Of a DNA stretch of 64,000 nt, positions 30,361 to 40,198 are shown piece after piece (the first letter of the stretch is position 1; every line of letters begins with the position of its first letter). A model generated the notes under the pieces. It worked only from the letters and a program-made list of their open reading frames with translations, had not been told where the DNA came from and made no database searches. The translations under genes and the position numbers were made by a program. The DNA is from Nitrospiraceae bacterium (GTDB taxonomy: Bacteria; Nitrospirota; Nitrospiria; Nitrospirales; UBA2166), in the NCBI GenBank assembly GCA_002726235.1, contig PBSN01000008.1, forward strand, positions 66,088 through 130,087, written 5' to 3'.

Positions 30361-32118
30361 ATGCCAATGACTTCTGAACATTCTCATCAGCATCAAAACG
30401 AATCTTCATATGTTGAGCATCCCCAGGAACATCTTGCGTTTGCGCACAAGATTTTGGAAGAACACGGCGTNTTACGATATCGCAAGCACGATGACTTTCT
30501 GGAATTGCTCAATGTTATGAAAGGCCATCGGTTAACCATGCGCGTTGTGATTGAAATGCTCAAAGAACATACCCCTAGTGAGGTGTTAGAACGCGTGCGT
30601 CCACGCGAAGACGATGATGCTTCCACATCGATATTGCAGGCTAGTGTTGAACTGTTGTATGGAGATGACGCCTCGTTGGTTCGTCCATTTTATCTCTGCC
30701 TTGTCCCGTTTCGATCATCTATCAATCGCGTAGCGCTACAACCTTATATTGATGTTATTGCAACACTCCCAGTGATGAAAGAGGTGGACGCGAGCAAATG
30801 GGAAGACTATCTGGCTACAGCTGAACAGGCTGGGGTGTTGAGTCCCGTTTCCGAAGGTGCACCTTTGCTGCATCTGCAACGGGCATTTGCATTTCTCCTT
30901 GAACGTCGGTGGCTGTTAGATGTGAGCGATGAAGATAAGCAGGCGATCACGAAAGCCCACATGGAGCATCTCCGTAATTTGATGTCCACATATCAAGTTC
31001 TGATGGAATCTGAGGACCAAAAAGAGCAACAGTTTGGCCTCATGGTCTGTCAGCAGGAACTTGAAAATGTACATGTGGCGCTCGACACTGCATTGGAGCT
31101 TCAGGAAGATATTCTTCCATTTGCGAAGTATCTGATGGCGTTTTTTGACGCTGCTGAGGAGCAGGAGACGGCACTCCAGATTGCAGAGGACATGCTTAAG
31201 AAACTTGAGCAGTACGATGAAGATGTGCTCAATGGACCCGCAGGTATCGGATACATGGCAGTCATGCATACTGTTGCAGATCGATATGCGATGACGCCGC
31301 AGATGCCGCGCTCTCGGGAGTTATATCACCGGATCATCAAACACTACGACCGGATAACAAGCATAACACCACAAGGCAAAATGCGTGGGCGTGCGACCGT
31401 ATACGATGATTTAGGGGAGTTGGCGCTGTATGAGCAAGAGTGGGATGGCGCGGAAGAACAGTTTAAGAAAGCGTTAGAGTTAAAACGTGAATGTGCTGAT
31501 CGTGAAGGAGAACTCAGCACACACGTCAGTTTAGCACGTGTGGCACATCACGTGAAGCGATGGAGCGATGCCAATACGCACTATAAGAAGGCGCTTGAAA
31601 TTGCGGTTGAACTGAAGCTGGATGATAAGCAAGGTGGTATTCATCAAGAGTGGGGTGAGATTGCCTTTGATGAAGAAGATTGGAAGAAGGCCGAGAGTCA
31701 CTTTAAGGCAGCCATTGAAGTGAATGTGAAGCTGAAAGACCATCGGGCACAAGCTGCGGCATGGCATCACTTGGGAAAGGTGGCGCAAGTTCAGAGTGAT
31801 CTTGTTCAAGCATCTAGTTGTTACCAGGAAGCGCTTAAACTGTTCACCGANGAAGAGGATCACCACGCAAAAGCCACGACATTTCATCAACTCGGTGTCG
31901 TGGCGATGGAACAAGAAGAATATAACGAGTCACGGAAATGGTTTCTTGCTGCTTTAGAATCTTTCAAGGGCATTGAGGATGGTGACAATATTCAGCTCAC
32001 TCTGTCCAATATGGCTCGTCTTGTCGGGCACTCCGGAGACCACGATGTACTAGCCGAAGCCGGAACCATGCTTGGGGTTAGCGAACAAGACCTTGCCCGT
32101 TGGCTGCAATCGCAGTAA
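30361..32118 (+). CDS. Tetratricopeptide-repeat protein with STAND-like helical N-terminal region
   Basis: About 6 TPR units (e.g. ATVYDDLGELA, AAAWHHLGKVA, ATTFHQLGVVA); N-terminal GHRLTMRVV resembles the NB-ARC GxPLAL helix. Confidence 0.75.
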   Translation: MPMTSEHSHQHQNESSYVEHPQEHLAFAHKILEEHGXLRYRKHDDFLELLNVMKGHRLTMRVVIEMLKEHTPSEVLERVRPREDDDASTSILQASVELLYGDDASLVRPFYLCLVPFRSSINRVALQPYIDVIATLPVMKEVDASKWEDYLATAEQAGVLSPVSEGAPLLHLQRAFAFLLERRWLLDVSDEDKQAITKAHMEHLRNLMSTYQVLMESEDQKEQQFGLMVCQQELENVHVALDTALELQEDILPFAKYLMAFFDAAEEQETALQIAEDMLKKLEQYDEDVLNGPAGIGYMAVMHTVADRYAMTPQMPRSRELYHRIIKHYDRITSITPQGKMRGRATVYDDLGELALYEQEWDGAEEQFKKALELKRECADREGELSTHVSLARVAHHVKRWSDANTHYKKALEIAVELKLDDKQGGIHQEWGEIAFDEEDWKKAESHFKAAIEVNVKLKDHRAQAAAWHHLGKVAQVQSDLVQASSCYQEALKLFTXEEDHHAKATTFHQLGVVAMEQEEYNESRKWFLAALESFKGIEDGDNIQLTLSNMARLVGHSGDHDVLAEAGTMLGVSEQDLARWLQSQ

Positions 32119-32227
32119 CTCGCCCGAATTTCCCCTAACCTTTTTTTTCAAAATCTGGGGATCTGATGTGTTTCTTTGAAATGGTTGCGTGTCTTTCCAC
32201 CCAATGACGAAGGATAGCTCTCAACCT

Positions 32228-32247
32228 TCCCATTTTTAAAAATGGGA
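32228..32247. repeat. Perfect 20-bp palindrome (REP-like)
   Basis: TCCCATTTTTAAAAATGGGA is its own reverse complement. Confidence 0.7.
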
Positions 32248-32280
32248 TAGGAGAAATGTGGATCATAAAGACAATAAGTA

Positions 32281-33738
32281 ATGAAGATTACCGCTCTTGA
32301 TCTTTATAACTTTACCAAGTGTCAGCACCGGGTTTATTTGGATTCCAATGGCAATCCCAATGAGAAGGGTGAAGTTAGTCCATTTGTGAAGCTACTATGG
32401 GAACGAGGCCTTCAAACAGAACGGGAATATCTTAAAACGCTCGGCGATATTCAGTGGTTTGACCTTGGGGATTTGCCGATTGACGAGGGAGCGGCCAAAA
32501 CTCTTCGGATGATGCACGAAGGTGTACCACTTATTTATCAAGGGGTCCTCAAAGACGATGTTTANGTGGGNCGGCCGGATTTGTTAATGAAGCGCTTTGA
32601 CCGTCCATCTCGGTTCGGAGCCTTTTGCTATGAACCAATTGATATCAAGGCAGGAGTGGGGTGGAAGGAGCGTGGCAATTCGCGACGATTTAAAAAGCAC
32701 TATGCTTTTCAGATGTTGTTTTACTGGATGGTCTTGGAGCGGCTTCAGGGTATGGCACTTGAGGTTGGACGCATTATCAACGTCGATGGTGACATCGAAG
32801 AGTTTCTAATGGATGAGTTTCGTGCGTCGTTTGCGACTGGATTGGAGGAAGTGAAACAGCTTGTTCCCGGATTGAAGACGTCAGAACCGGCTCTTGGGAG
32901 TGATTGCCATTTGTGTGGGTGGTATGGCCACTGTGAGCGCTGGGTCAATAAGCGGGCCGATCCTTCCGGACTCTTCTACGTTGGCAAACGAAAGTTTAAA
33001 ATGAAGGAAGCGGGACTGCGGACAATCTCGGACATTGCGACGATGAACGTCAAAGAATATACCATTCCGCCGAAAAAAATCCATGGACTCGGCGAGAAAT
33101 CGTTGAAGCAAATGAAGAATCGTGCGCAGGTGATGCTTGGAGGAGAACCTGATATTCGAGCTGGATATACTCTGCCACGGGGCAAGCGTGAAATTTTTTT
33201 TGATATCGAAGATGATCCCACACGCAATATAACCTATCTTTTCGGAGTACTCATCAAGGATGGTGGTGCGGAATTTCCGTTTCAATATTTTGTGGCTCGC
33301 CATCCTGCTGACGAAGAGGAAACGGTTAGAGCCTTCTGGGCATTTCTCGGTGGTATGAGAGAAGCTGTGTATTATGTGTATTCCCATAAAGAGCGGACAA
33401 CATTGCGCAAGCTCATGGACAGATATCAGCTTGATCACGATGTATTCGATCGGTATGTTGCATCCGAGTACGATTTGTATGCGGCTTTGGTCGTCCGGTA
33501 TTCTGATTGGCCAACGCATTCATATGGCATTAAAAATATCGCAAAAATAGTTGGATTTCGGTGGGGAGATATCGATCCATCTGGCGCAAATTCCATTGCC
33601 TGGTACGACGAGCACCTAAAGCACCCGGAAGATGAATCTTCGCTTCAACGCATCATTGCCTACAACGAAGACGACTGTCGTGCAATGGTGGCGGTGAAGG
33701 AATTTTTTGAACGACGCACAGGAGCTACAAGAATTTAA
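32281..33738 (+). CDS. TM0106-family RecB-like nuclease with C-terminal RNase H-like (YprB) domain
   Basis: PD...D-I-K nuclease core (RPDLL..EPIDIK), Cys at CQHR and CHLCGWYGHC, FFDIEDD and YNEDDC exonuclease motifs. Confidence 0.85.
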   Translation: MKITALDLYNFTKCQHRVYLDSNGNPNEKGEVSPFVKLLWERGLQTEREYLKTLGDIQWFDLGDLPIDEGAAKTLRMMHEGVPLIYQGVLKDDVXVXRPDLLMKRFDRPSRFGAFCYEPIDIKAGVGWKERGNSRRFKKHYAFQMLFYWMVLERLQGMALEVGRIINVDGDIEEFLMDEFRASFATGLEEVKQLVPGLKTSEPALGSDCHLCGWYGHCERWVNKRADPSGLFYVGKRKFKMKEAGLRTISDIATMNVKEYTIPPKKIHGLGEKSLKQMKNRAQVMLGGEPDIRAGYTLPRGKREIFFDIEDDPTRNITYLFGVLIKDGGAEFPFQYFVARHPADEEETVRAFWAFLGGMREAVYYVYSHKERTTLRKLMDRYQLDHDVFDRYVASEYDLYAALVVRYSDWPTHSYGIKNIAKIVGFRWGDIDPSGANSIAWYDEHLKHPEDESSLQRIIAYNEDDCRAMVAVKEFFERRTGATRI

Positions 33739-33819
33739 TGTAGTGCTCTAACAAATCCTTGCGCAAGACGGCGTGTCTTTGATGCCATGCCTTGTCAAAC
33801 CAGCAATAGGCAGTTTCCT

Positions 33820-34199
33820 ATGACTGCAAATAATGAGTTCGTGCAATATGTGCTTGAACTACTCGAGTCGCTGGGTAGGCTGACCGCGAAAGCGATGTTT
33901 GGGGGATTCGGAATCTTCCGCCAGGGGATCATGGTGGCGGTGATCGCTGATAATATGCTGTATCTCAAAGTGAATGATGTTAACCGACAAAACTTCGAAG
34001 TGCAGAGGGTTGAGGCATTTAAGTATCAGAAAAAAGACAAGGTGCTTGCTATGTCTTATTATCAAACCCCCTCAAGGCAACGGACGATTCTAAGTCTCTG
34101 TGCGAATGGGTAGAGGGGGTGTATGATGCCGTGATGCGTAAAGTAAAGAAAAAGGCAACGAAGCCTAGAGTAAAGAAAAAGAAATTTAAAGCGAACTGA
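33820..34199 (+). pseudogene. TfoX/Sxy N-terminal domain protein, frameshifted
   Basis: KAMFGGFGIF, LYLKV, MSYYQ; the expected C-terminus (DDSKSLCEWVEG) is in the -1 frame after C5 at 34067-34071. Confidence 0.7.
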
Positions 34200-34313
34200 C
34201 CCTGATGCCTCCTAGTGAGAAGTGCTCGAAGTAGATGAAATGATCGAATACTCACCACTTGATGGTGTGGGTAACATGATGCATAGGTGACTCATTCTGT
34301 ACCGCAAAAAATG

Positions 34314-35498
34314 TTACTGTCGTTGTAGCACCAAAAGAATTCCCCCAACGATCACCACAGTAGCGGCGAGGAACATCACGTTATATCCGCCAATGTCTAC
34401 TAGAAGTCCCCATAGTGGGGCACCAATCAAAAACCCGACATCGAATAGCAACGTGTAAAATGTCACGACGCTTCCTCGTGTCTCCGCATCTGCGTCCTCG
34501 ATGATGATGGAGGAGAGGATGGGGAATCCATAACCATGCCCGATTCCACATAGCATGCCTGTGAGCATCAGGCCCCAGGTTGTTGGAAGGTGGACGATCA
34601 TGAGGACTCCAGCAGCGAGGCATCCAAATGAAGTGCTTAACACTATCTTTTCACCAAGCCGTTGCGGTAAACGGGCACCGAATATTCTGATGAGAACGGC
34701 AACGCTTGAGTATGTGGTGAAAAAAAATGACACGTTTGTGAGGCCAACGGTCTCGGCGAAGGGCTTGAGAAATATGAAATAGGATGATAAGCCGAGCGAG
34801 AAAGCAAGGCTCACAATCCACAACACGACAAATCTTTGATCTTTGACGATTCCCCAAAGGTGCTGACTAGAGCCTTCTATTCCCTTAAACTCTGGTTCTG
34901 TGATCATGGCGAAAAATATTACTGCGATCGAGCTCATTACTGCGCCAGATATGAATAAGGCAGGGAACCCACCAAACCAAATCATCCACTCCCCAAGCAT
35001 GACACTGATAGATCCGGATAAGTGGCCTGCAATTCCAAAGTATGCAAATCCCTCTGTCCGGCGTTTCTCTGGGATAATGTCTGCGGCAAATGTCATGATG
35101 GCTGCGAACAGAGGCCCGACTGACAACCCGTGCATTAAGCGGATTCCATAGATTAGTGGTCCAGCCTCGTCCACTAATATATAGCCGAGGTTCACGCCGA
35201 CGAAGAGAGCAGCGGCTCCGATAAGGAATGGTTTTCTCCCTCGACGATCAAGGCTGATGCCAATCCAAGGTCGAATCAGCACTCCTGAGAGAGAGGCAGT
35301 ACCCATGAGGACCCCGATCATGAAGCTGTCGTAACCCAAGTTTCCAAGAAACAGAGGGAGCAGGACGTAGGGCCAAAACGCCATGCCGATGCAGAAGTGC
35401 CCTGTGAATGCCAGAAGAAAGTTCTTGGTTATGATGGGAGTCGTGGTAGGGTGGGAGTGGCTATTATTGGCGGGCAGAAGATGCCGCGATGTGCGCAT
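34314..35498 (-). CDS. Major facilitator superfamily transporter
   Basis: About 12 TM segments, motif A (LDRRGRK). Confidence 0.88.
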   Translation of the reverse strand: MRTSRHLLPANNSHSHPTTTPIITKNFLLAFTGHFCIGMAFWPYVLLPLFLGNLGYDSFMIGVLMGTASLSGVLIRPWIGISLDRRGRKPFLIGAAALFVGVNLGYILVDEAGPLIYGIRLMHGLSVGPLFAAIMTFAADIIPEKRRTEGFAYFGIAGHLSGSISVMLGEWMIWFGGFPALFISGAVMSSIAVIFFAMITEPEFKGIEGSSQHLWGIVKDQRFVVLWIVSLAFSLGLSSYFIFLKPFAETVGLTNVSFFFTTYSSVAVLIRIFGARLPQRLGEKIVLSTSFGCLAAGVLMIVHLPTTWGLMLTGMLCGIGHGYGFPILSSIIIEDADAETRGSVVTFYTLLFDVGFLIGAPLWGLLVDIGGYNVMFLAATVVIVGGILLVLQRQ

Positions 35499-36658
35499 TA
35501 ATTGCGGCGAAACTGTTTACTGAGAGAGAGGCCTTGGCACTGGTATGAAGATGCGATGTTGACTCCGTAAACCTTTTCCGATGGGGCCATCAGCCGCTCA
35601 TAGATCAGCCTTCCTACGGTTTGTCCATCTTCGATGATAAACGGAACATCATGAGAACGAACTTCTAGGACGGCATGTGAGCCTTTGATGTCGCTTTGGC
35701 CGTATCCAAATCCTGGGTCAAAAAACCCTGCGTAGTGGATGCGGAATTCTCCGATGGATGAATCATATGCAACCATTTCCGCAGCGTAATGTGGTGGAAC
35801 GCGGATCTTTTCTTTTGAGCCAAGAATATAGAAGTCATCAGGGTTTAAGATCAAACTGTTATTCTTTGGATTCTGAATAATTTCCCAGAAATCTGTTGGC
35901 GTGTATTGATTGATCTTTCTAAAATCAATCGCCGGCGCATGTTTTTTTGCACGATATCCGATCACCTCGCTATCTGATTTTCCTTGTAGGTTAATCGATA
36001 GTCTTAGACCGTTTCGGATTGATGCTTCGCCCGGACGATCCCCATCTTCATACACTAGAATTTCATCCTCATCTAATTTCTGGAGCTGGCTGTCAAGAGA
36101 GAGTGGGTTTCCTCGACTGAATCTGAGCTGGTTTAAGCAGTCACCTTGCGTGAGCACGACGGGAAATGTACGGGGAACAATTTCCGCATATAACCCACCT
36201 GTGTAGCCGTTTGGAACTTGTTCAAATTCGATGGCCCCGTCTGTGATAAGGCGTGTGAAAATATCTAATCGTCCTGCTGTGCTTTTTGGGTTAGTCTTTG
36301 CCCCAATGTCGTTGGGAAGGTTCATGCTTTCCATCAGGGGTACGATGTAGACACACCCTCGCTCGAACACTGTTGGTGTGGTGATGTCAATTTCCGCAAT
36401 CATCCACTCCTGAAGTTTATTCATCACTCCGGACATGGGTCCAGGAAGGAAGCTGGCTTGGATACGGTAAGCCTTTGACCCTAGACGCAAATCAATACTT
36501 GCGGGCTGAATTTGGGTATCGGTGATTGCCACATCGGCGTGAACATAACCTTTTTCAGTAAGTTGGCCAATGATTTGAGACGGAAGGATTCCGGTTGTGT
36601 GGAGGGTGTTCTGCTCCTTCTCGTACTCTGGGAATAATGTTTCAGTGTGCGCCTTCAT
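35498..36658 (-). CDS. dcd: dCTP deaminase (long two-domain type)
   Basis: QIQPASIDLRLG, NPKSTAGRLDIFTR, HYAGFFDPGFG, AVLEVRSH. Confidence 0.9.
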   Translation of the reverse strand: MKAHTETLFPEYEKEQNTLHTTGILPSQIIGQLTEKGYVHADVAITDTQIQPASIDLRLGSKAYRIQASFLPGPMSGVMNKLQEWMIAEIDITTPTVFERGCVYIVPLMESMNLPNDIGAKTNPKSTAGRLDIFTRLITDGAIEFEQVPNGYTGGLYAEIVPRTFPVVLTQGDCLNQLRFSRGNPLSLDSQLQKLDEDEILVYEDGDRPGEASIRNGLRLSINLQGKSDSEVIGYRAKKHAPAIDFRKINQYTPTDFWEIIQNPKNNSLILNPDDFYILGSKEKIRVPPHYAAEMVAYDSSIGEFRIHYAGFFDPGFGYGQSDIKGSHAVLEVRSHDVPFIIEDGQTVGRLIYERLMAPSEKVYGVNIASSYQCQGLSLSKQFRRN

Positions 36659-36673
36659 TGGGGTTTAGGCTTG

Positions 36674-37591
36674 TTATTCCTTGTTAAGGACACCGCTAGG
36701 GTTTCTAAGGCCTCCTTGGTCATTGACGGCAGCCTGTCTGGCTTGGAAGTAAGCATCTTGCACAGAGATATAAAAATCAAGCGATGCGGTCTCAATGTTC
36801 GCAAATGATTCAAGATGGAGGGATCGGGCGTTGGTTATCTCGGTACCGTATGTACCATAGCTTAGGACAGTTGGCAAAATCGGGTTTGTGACGGGTGTGT
36901 CAAAGGCAATATAGGTGAGAGGTTCAAGGGCAGTATCGAAAATCAGTCCGATGCTGTCGCGAAGGGATGATGGTCCAAAAAACGGAAGAATAATGTATGG
37001 ACCGGAGCCCATACCCCAGACAGCAAAGGTTTGTCCCGTATCCTCATTACTCGGATCGATACCAACGAATGGATGTGATGCAATGTCATATAGCCCACCG
37101 ATTCCGATGCTGCTGTTGATGGCAAACCGGACGAATTCTCGAGCGGCACCATCAAGTTTTCCTTGCAATATGCTATTGACAAAGCGTCTTGGCATGGCCA
37201 GGTTCGTAAAGACATTTTTGATATTCTGTTGTACAGAGTCTGGCATGATCCAGTCATATCCGCTTGCGAATGGCTTAAAAATAACCCTATCGAAGTAGCG
37301 GTTGAACGCAAATGTTTTGACATTTAACGACTCCCATGGGTCGGGATGAATCGCATTTTGGTCATCCCAGTTTAGTTTCCTTGCATCGGTAAAAGAGGTT
37401 GCAAAGGGATCCTCAAAGGGATCCTCAAAGGTGGTCGGTTGAACATTGATCGCCTTCGTCGGTATTTTTGCAGAACCGGGGGTTGAGGCACATCCAGAGA
37501 AGAAGACGAGAGTGACACTCAACAGCACGATCGACCTGGTAGCGAGTGTTCTTTTTCCAACTGTGTGTTGATATCTCATGCCGCGCCTCAT
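36674..37591 (-). CDS. mlaA: VacJ/MlaA family lipoprotein
   Basis: Lipobox FSGC, DPWESLN, RFAINSSIGIGG, EDTGQT..WG.GSGPY..LPFFGPSSLRD. Confidence 0.92.
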   Translation of the reverse strand: MRRGMRYQHTVGKRTLATRSIVLLSVTLVFFSGCASTPGSAKIPTKAINVQPTTFEDPFEDPFATSFTDARKLNWDDQNAIHPDPWESLNVKTFAFNRYFDRVIFKPFASGYDWIMPDSVQQNIKNVFTNLAMPRRFVNSILQGKLDGAAREFVRFAINSSIGIGGLYDIASHPFVGIDPSNEDTGQTFAVWGMGSGPYIILPFFGPSSLRDSIGLIFDTALEPLTYIAFDTPVTNPILPTVLSYGTYGTEITNARSLHLESFANIETASLDFYISVQDAYFQARQAAVNDQGGLRNPSGVLNKE

Positions 37592-37764
37592 CTCCGTTTC
37601 TCAGCGTGGGTAACGGTGAATCATTTGCGGTTGCAGAGCTATCATACCTCAATCGCTACCGAAGACTGAAGAGTCAATTTTATGATCGAGATCAAGTTTG
37701 CTTGAACCTTGCAAAGGGCCAGGTACTGTGCTAGCGTCTCCATGTTTTTTAGGTGGGGAACTGG

Positions 37765-38199
37765 ATGGCTACTGAGGAGGAAGAAAAAGGTTTCGTTATC
37801 AAAGATCGGCGTGCGCGGTACGGCGACGATGATGAATCGGTCACATCGCAATCTGCGCAATCTGATGGTGGGGCCGCAGAGGAGACGGTCTCTGCTCCAG
37901 TGAACGATACTGCTTCTGGGACTGAAAGGGAAAAGCCAACTCAGCCTCGTGAACTGACATTTCAGTCCTTTGTCTACTCCCTCGCATCCTCGGCTCTGAT
38001 GTTACTGGGAGGAGAGGCAAAAGAGGGTAGCGAACCCACACCGCCGAATCTTCAACAGGCAAGTGAGATCATTCAGATACTGACGTTGCTTCAGGAAAAA
38101 ACAAAGGGCAATCTTGAGGCGGAAGAAGATTCGTTGCTCAAAGATCTGCTCTATACCCTCCGAATTACGTATGTCGAACGGGCCGCGCCGAAACCCTAA
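37765..38199 (+). CDS. DUF1844 domain protein
   Basis: GFVIKDRR N-terminus; L..A...I..L..L.EKTKGNL...E..LL..L.Y.LR..Y. Confidence 0.8.
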   Translation: MATEEEEKGFVIKDRRARYGDDDESVTSQSAQSDGGAAEETVSAPVNDTASGTEREKPTQPRELTFQSFVYSLASSALMLLGGEAKEGSEPTPPNLQQASEIIQILTLLQEKTKGNLEAEEDSLLKDLLYTLRITYVERAAPKP

Positions 38200-38262
38200 G
38201 CGACCCCGCTAAATAGTTCCTGATTAGATGCACGCGGTATGGCGTGCTGAGACCATCCCCTT

Positions 38263-40137
38263 ATGTTAGTGAAATCGCGTATCGTGGTATCTCCACAATC
38301 TAAGTTAAGCCTTCGGCCGGTCTGGATTACCATTCTGTTTCTGTTGCCATGCCTCGGGCTCACCTATGCCCTGAATGAATGGACTGGCGCCACTCCTTAC
38401 ATTCCAAGCAACATTCTCGTTTTGACGATGGTCAATGTCGACCTAATTCTTCTTGTTCTACTTGCATTGCTTCTCTCACGAAATTTGGTTAAGGCAGTTT
38501 TTGAGCGTCACTACGGTTCCGGGTTCCAGTCAAAACTAATCTTGGCGTTTGTTGGTTTTTCCCTGATCCCGTCAGGGCTCTTGTTTATTGTAGCTAGTGG
38601 GCTGTTGACCAACAGCGTGAATAATTGGTTTAGCATTCAGGTTGAACAGTCATTGAAAGGCGCCCTTGAAGTTGCACAATCCTATTACCAAGATCAGCAA
38701 ACACACATACAGCAAAGTGGACAAGCCATTCGTGATGAGATTGTGCGCCGGAATCTCCTATTGCTACGCCGAGAAAAGGCATTGCGTGTTGCACTTGAAC
38801 GGAAGCGTGTTGAACATGGCCTTGCGGCAGTCGAAGTCTGGTCTCCACACATGGAGCTTCTTGGTTCAGCAACTGATCCGCATTTTCCAGAGGGCGAGTT
38901 AGGGCGCCCGATGGAGCCTGTATTGGAACAAGCCATTGCAGGTGTTCAGGAATTGTTGTTTGAGCCCACATCGTTTGGGAAGCTCATGCTTATCGCTTTA
39001 CCGATTACCTCTTCTTCGACGGCTGCAGTGTCAGCAACAAACACGGCAAATGCTATTGTTGTTGCCTATCGCATATTTCCAGAGTCGGTTGTCGCAAAGG
39101 GTGAAGATATTGTGAGTTCCTATGAAGATTACCGGCAACTTAAAGCGTTTAAAAACCCTATTAAAACGACATATATTGTCTCTTTCGCTGTGATTGCGAT
39201 GGCAATTCTGTTTTCGGCAACTTGGTTCGGCGTCTATCTTGCTCGTCGTATTACTGTGCCAATGGAAAAGTTAGCTGAAGGCACGAAGGCAGTTGCGGCG
39301 GGCAATCTTAGTGTCCACATTGATACGAAGGCTGACGGAGAAATGGGAACGCTTATGGAATCATTTAACACCATGGCCAACGATTTGCGGGTCAGTAACG
39401 CTGAGTTGGTTAAAGCACAGAAAGTGGCAGTGTGGCGAGAGGTTGCCCAACGGATAGCGCATGAGATTAAGAATCCCCTCACACCGATTCAGCTCTCCGC
39501 CCAGCGACTCCGGAAAAAAGTGCTGGAGGGTGCAGATGGGATTCAAGAAACAGTCCAAGACGCGACAGGTATTATCATCAATGAAGTGCAGAGCCTGATG
39601 CGCCTGGTGGATTCATTTTCCACTTTTGCACGAATGCCTGAACCAGTGATGGCGGAAGAATCCCTTCATGATGTGATTCGTGATGTTAGCATGCTCTATA
39701 CGACGTCTCAGCGGGATGTGGAGGTGAATCACAGTTTGGATGATGCCGTTCCCCCGATCTCAATCGATCGGGAACAGATGAAGCGCGTGTTTGTCAACTT
39801 GTTTGAGAACGCGATTGAGGCAATGGATCACAAGGGGAAAATCTGGGTACGAACGCGGTATGATGCTCAGCAACGCAAAGTGTATGTTGAGGTAGAAGAT
39901 GAAGGGAAAGGGATTCGGCCTGAAGACCGGGATCGACTGTTTCTTCCGTATTTTTCAAACACGAAGAATGGAACAGGATTAGGATTAGCGATTGTCAATC
40001 GAATTATCACCGATCACCATGGCCAAATTCGAGTGTTGACTAATGTATCTGTCGGAACGACTTTTTTCATGGAACTGCTCGTAGGGAAGAATGGCGAACA
40101 TGTTGCGGTTGCATCTCAAGGAGTAAACCATGGATAA
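38263..40137 (+). CDS. ntrY: NtrY-like sensor histidine kinase (TM-periplasmic-HAMP-DHp-CA)
   Basis: WREVAQRIAHEIKNPLTPIQLSAQRL H-box, FSTFARMP, N/G1/F/G2 boxes (NLFENA, DEGKG, GTGLGL). Confidence 0.9.
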   Translation: MLVKSRIVVSPQSKLSLRPVWITILFLLPCLGLTYALNEWTGATPYIPSNILVLTMVNVDLILLVLLALLLSRNLVKAVFERHYGSGFQSKLILAFVGFSLIPSGLLFIVASGLLTNSVNNWFSIQVEQSLKGALEVAQSYYQDQQTHIQQSGQAIRDEIVRRNLLLLRREKALRVALERKRVEHGLAAVEVWSPHMELLGSATDPHFPEGELGRPMEPVLEQAIAGVQELLFEPTSFGKLMLIALPITSSSTAAVSATNTANAIVVAYRIFPESVVAKGEDIVSSYEDYRQLKAFKNPIKTTYIVSFAVIAMAILFSATWFGVYLARRITVPMEKLAEGTKAVAAGNLSVHIDTKADGEMGTLMESFNTMANDLRVSNAELVKAQKVAVWREVAQRIAHEIKNPLTPIQLSAQRLRKKVLEGADGIQETVQDATGIIINEVQSLMRLVDSFSTFARMPEPVMAEESLHDVIRDVSMLYTTSQRDVEVNHSLDDAVPPISIDREQMKRVFVNLFENAIEAMDHKGKIWVRTRYDAQQRKVYVEVEDEGKGIRPEDRDRLFLPYFSNTKNGTGLGLAIVNRIITDHHGQIRVLTNVSVGTTFFMELLVGKNGEHVAVASQGVNHG

Positions 40138-40147
40138 AACCGTACTT
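39851..40147 (+). repeat. Direct repeat copy 1 (ntrY 3' end plus dead start of the downstream gene)
   Basis: Aligns by eye with 42631-42867; last 37 nt match 32/37; contains the stub ATG GAT AAA ACC GTA CTT TCG GAC TGA (40130-40156). Confidence 0.8.
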
Positions 40148-40198
40148 TCGGACTGAATCCGAACTTCCTTTTTCGCGGGAAACAGAAATTTACTGCGT

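Noticed and set aside
32281..33738. Cas4 / CRISPR-Cas locus
   Set aside because: Cas4-like Cys pattern is present, but the architecture is TM0106-type and no repeat-spacer array or other cas gene was seen
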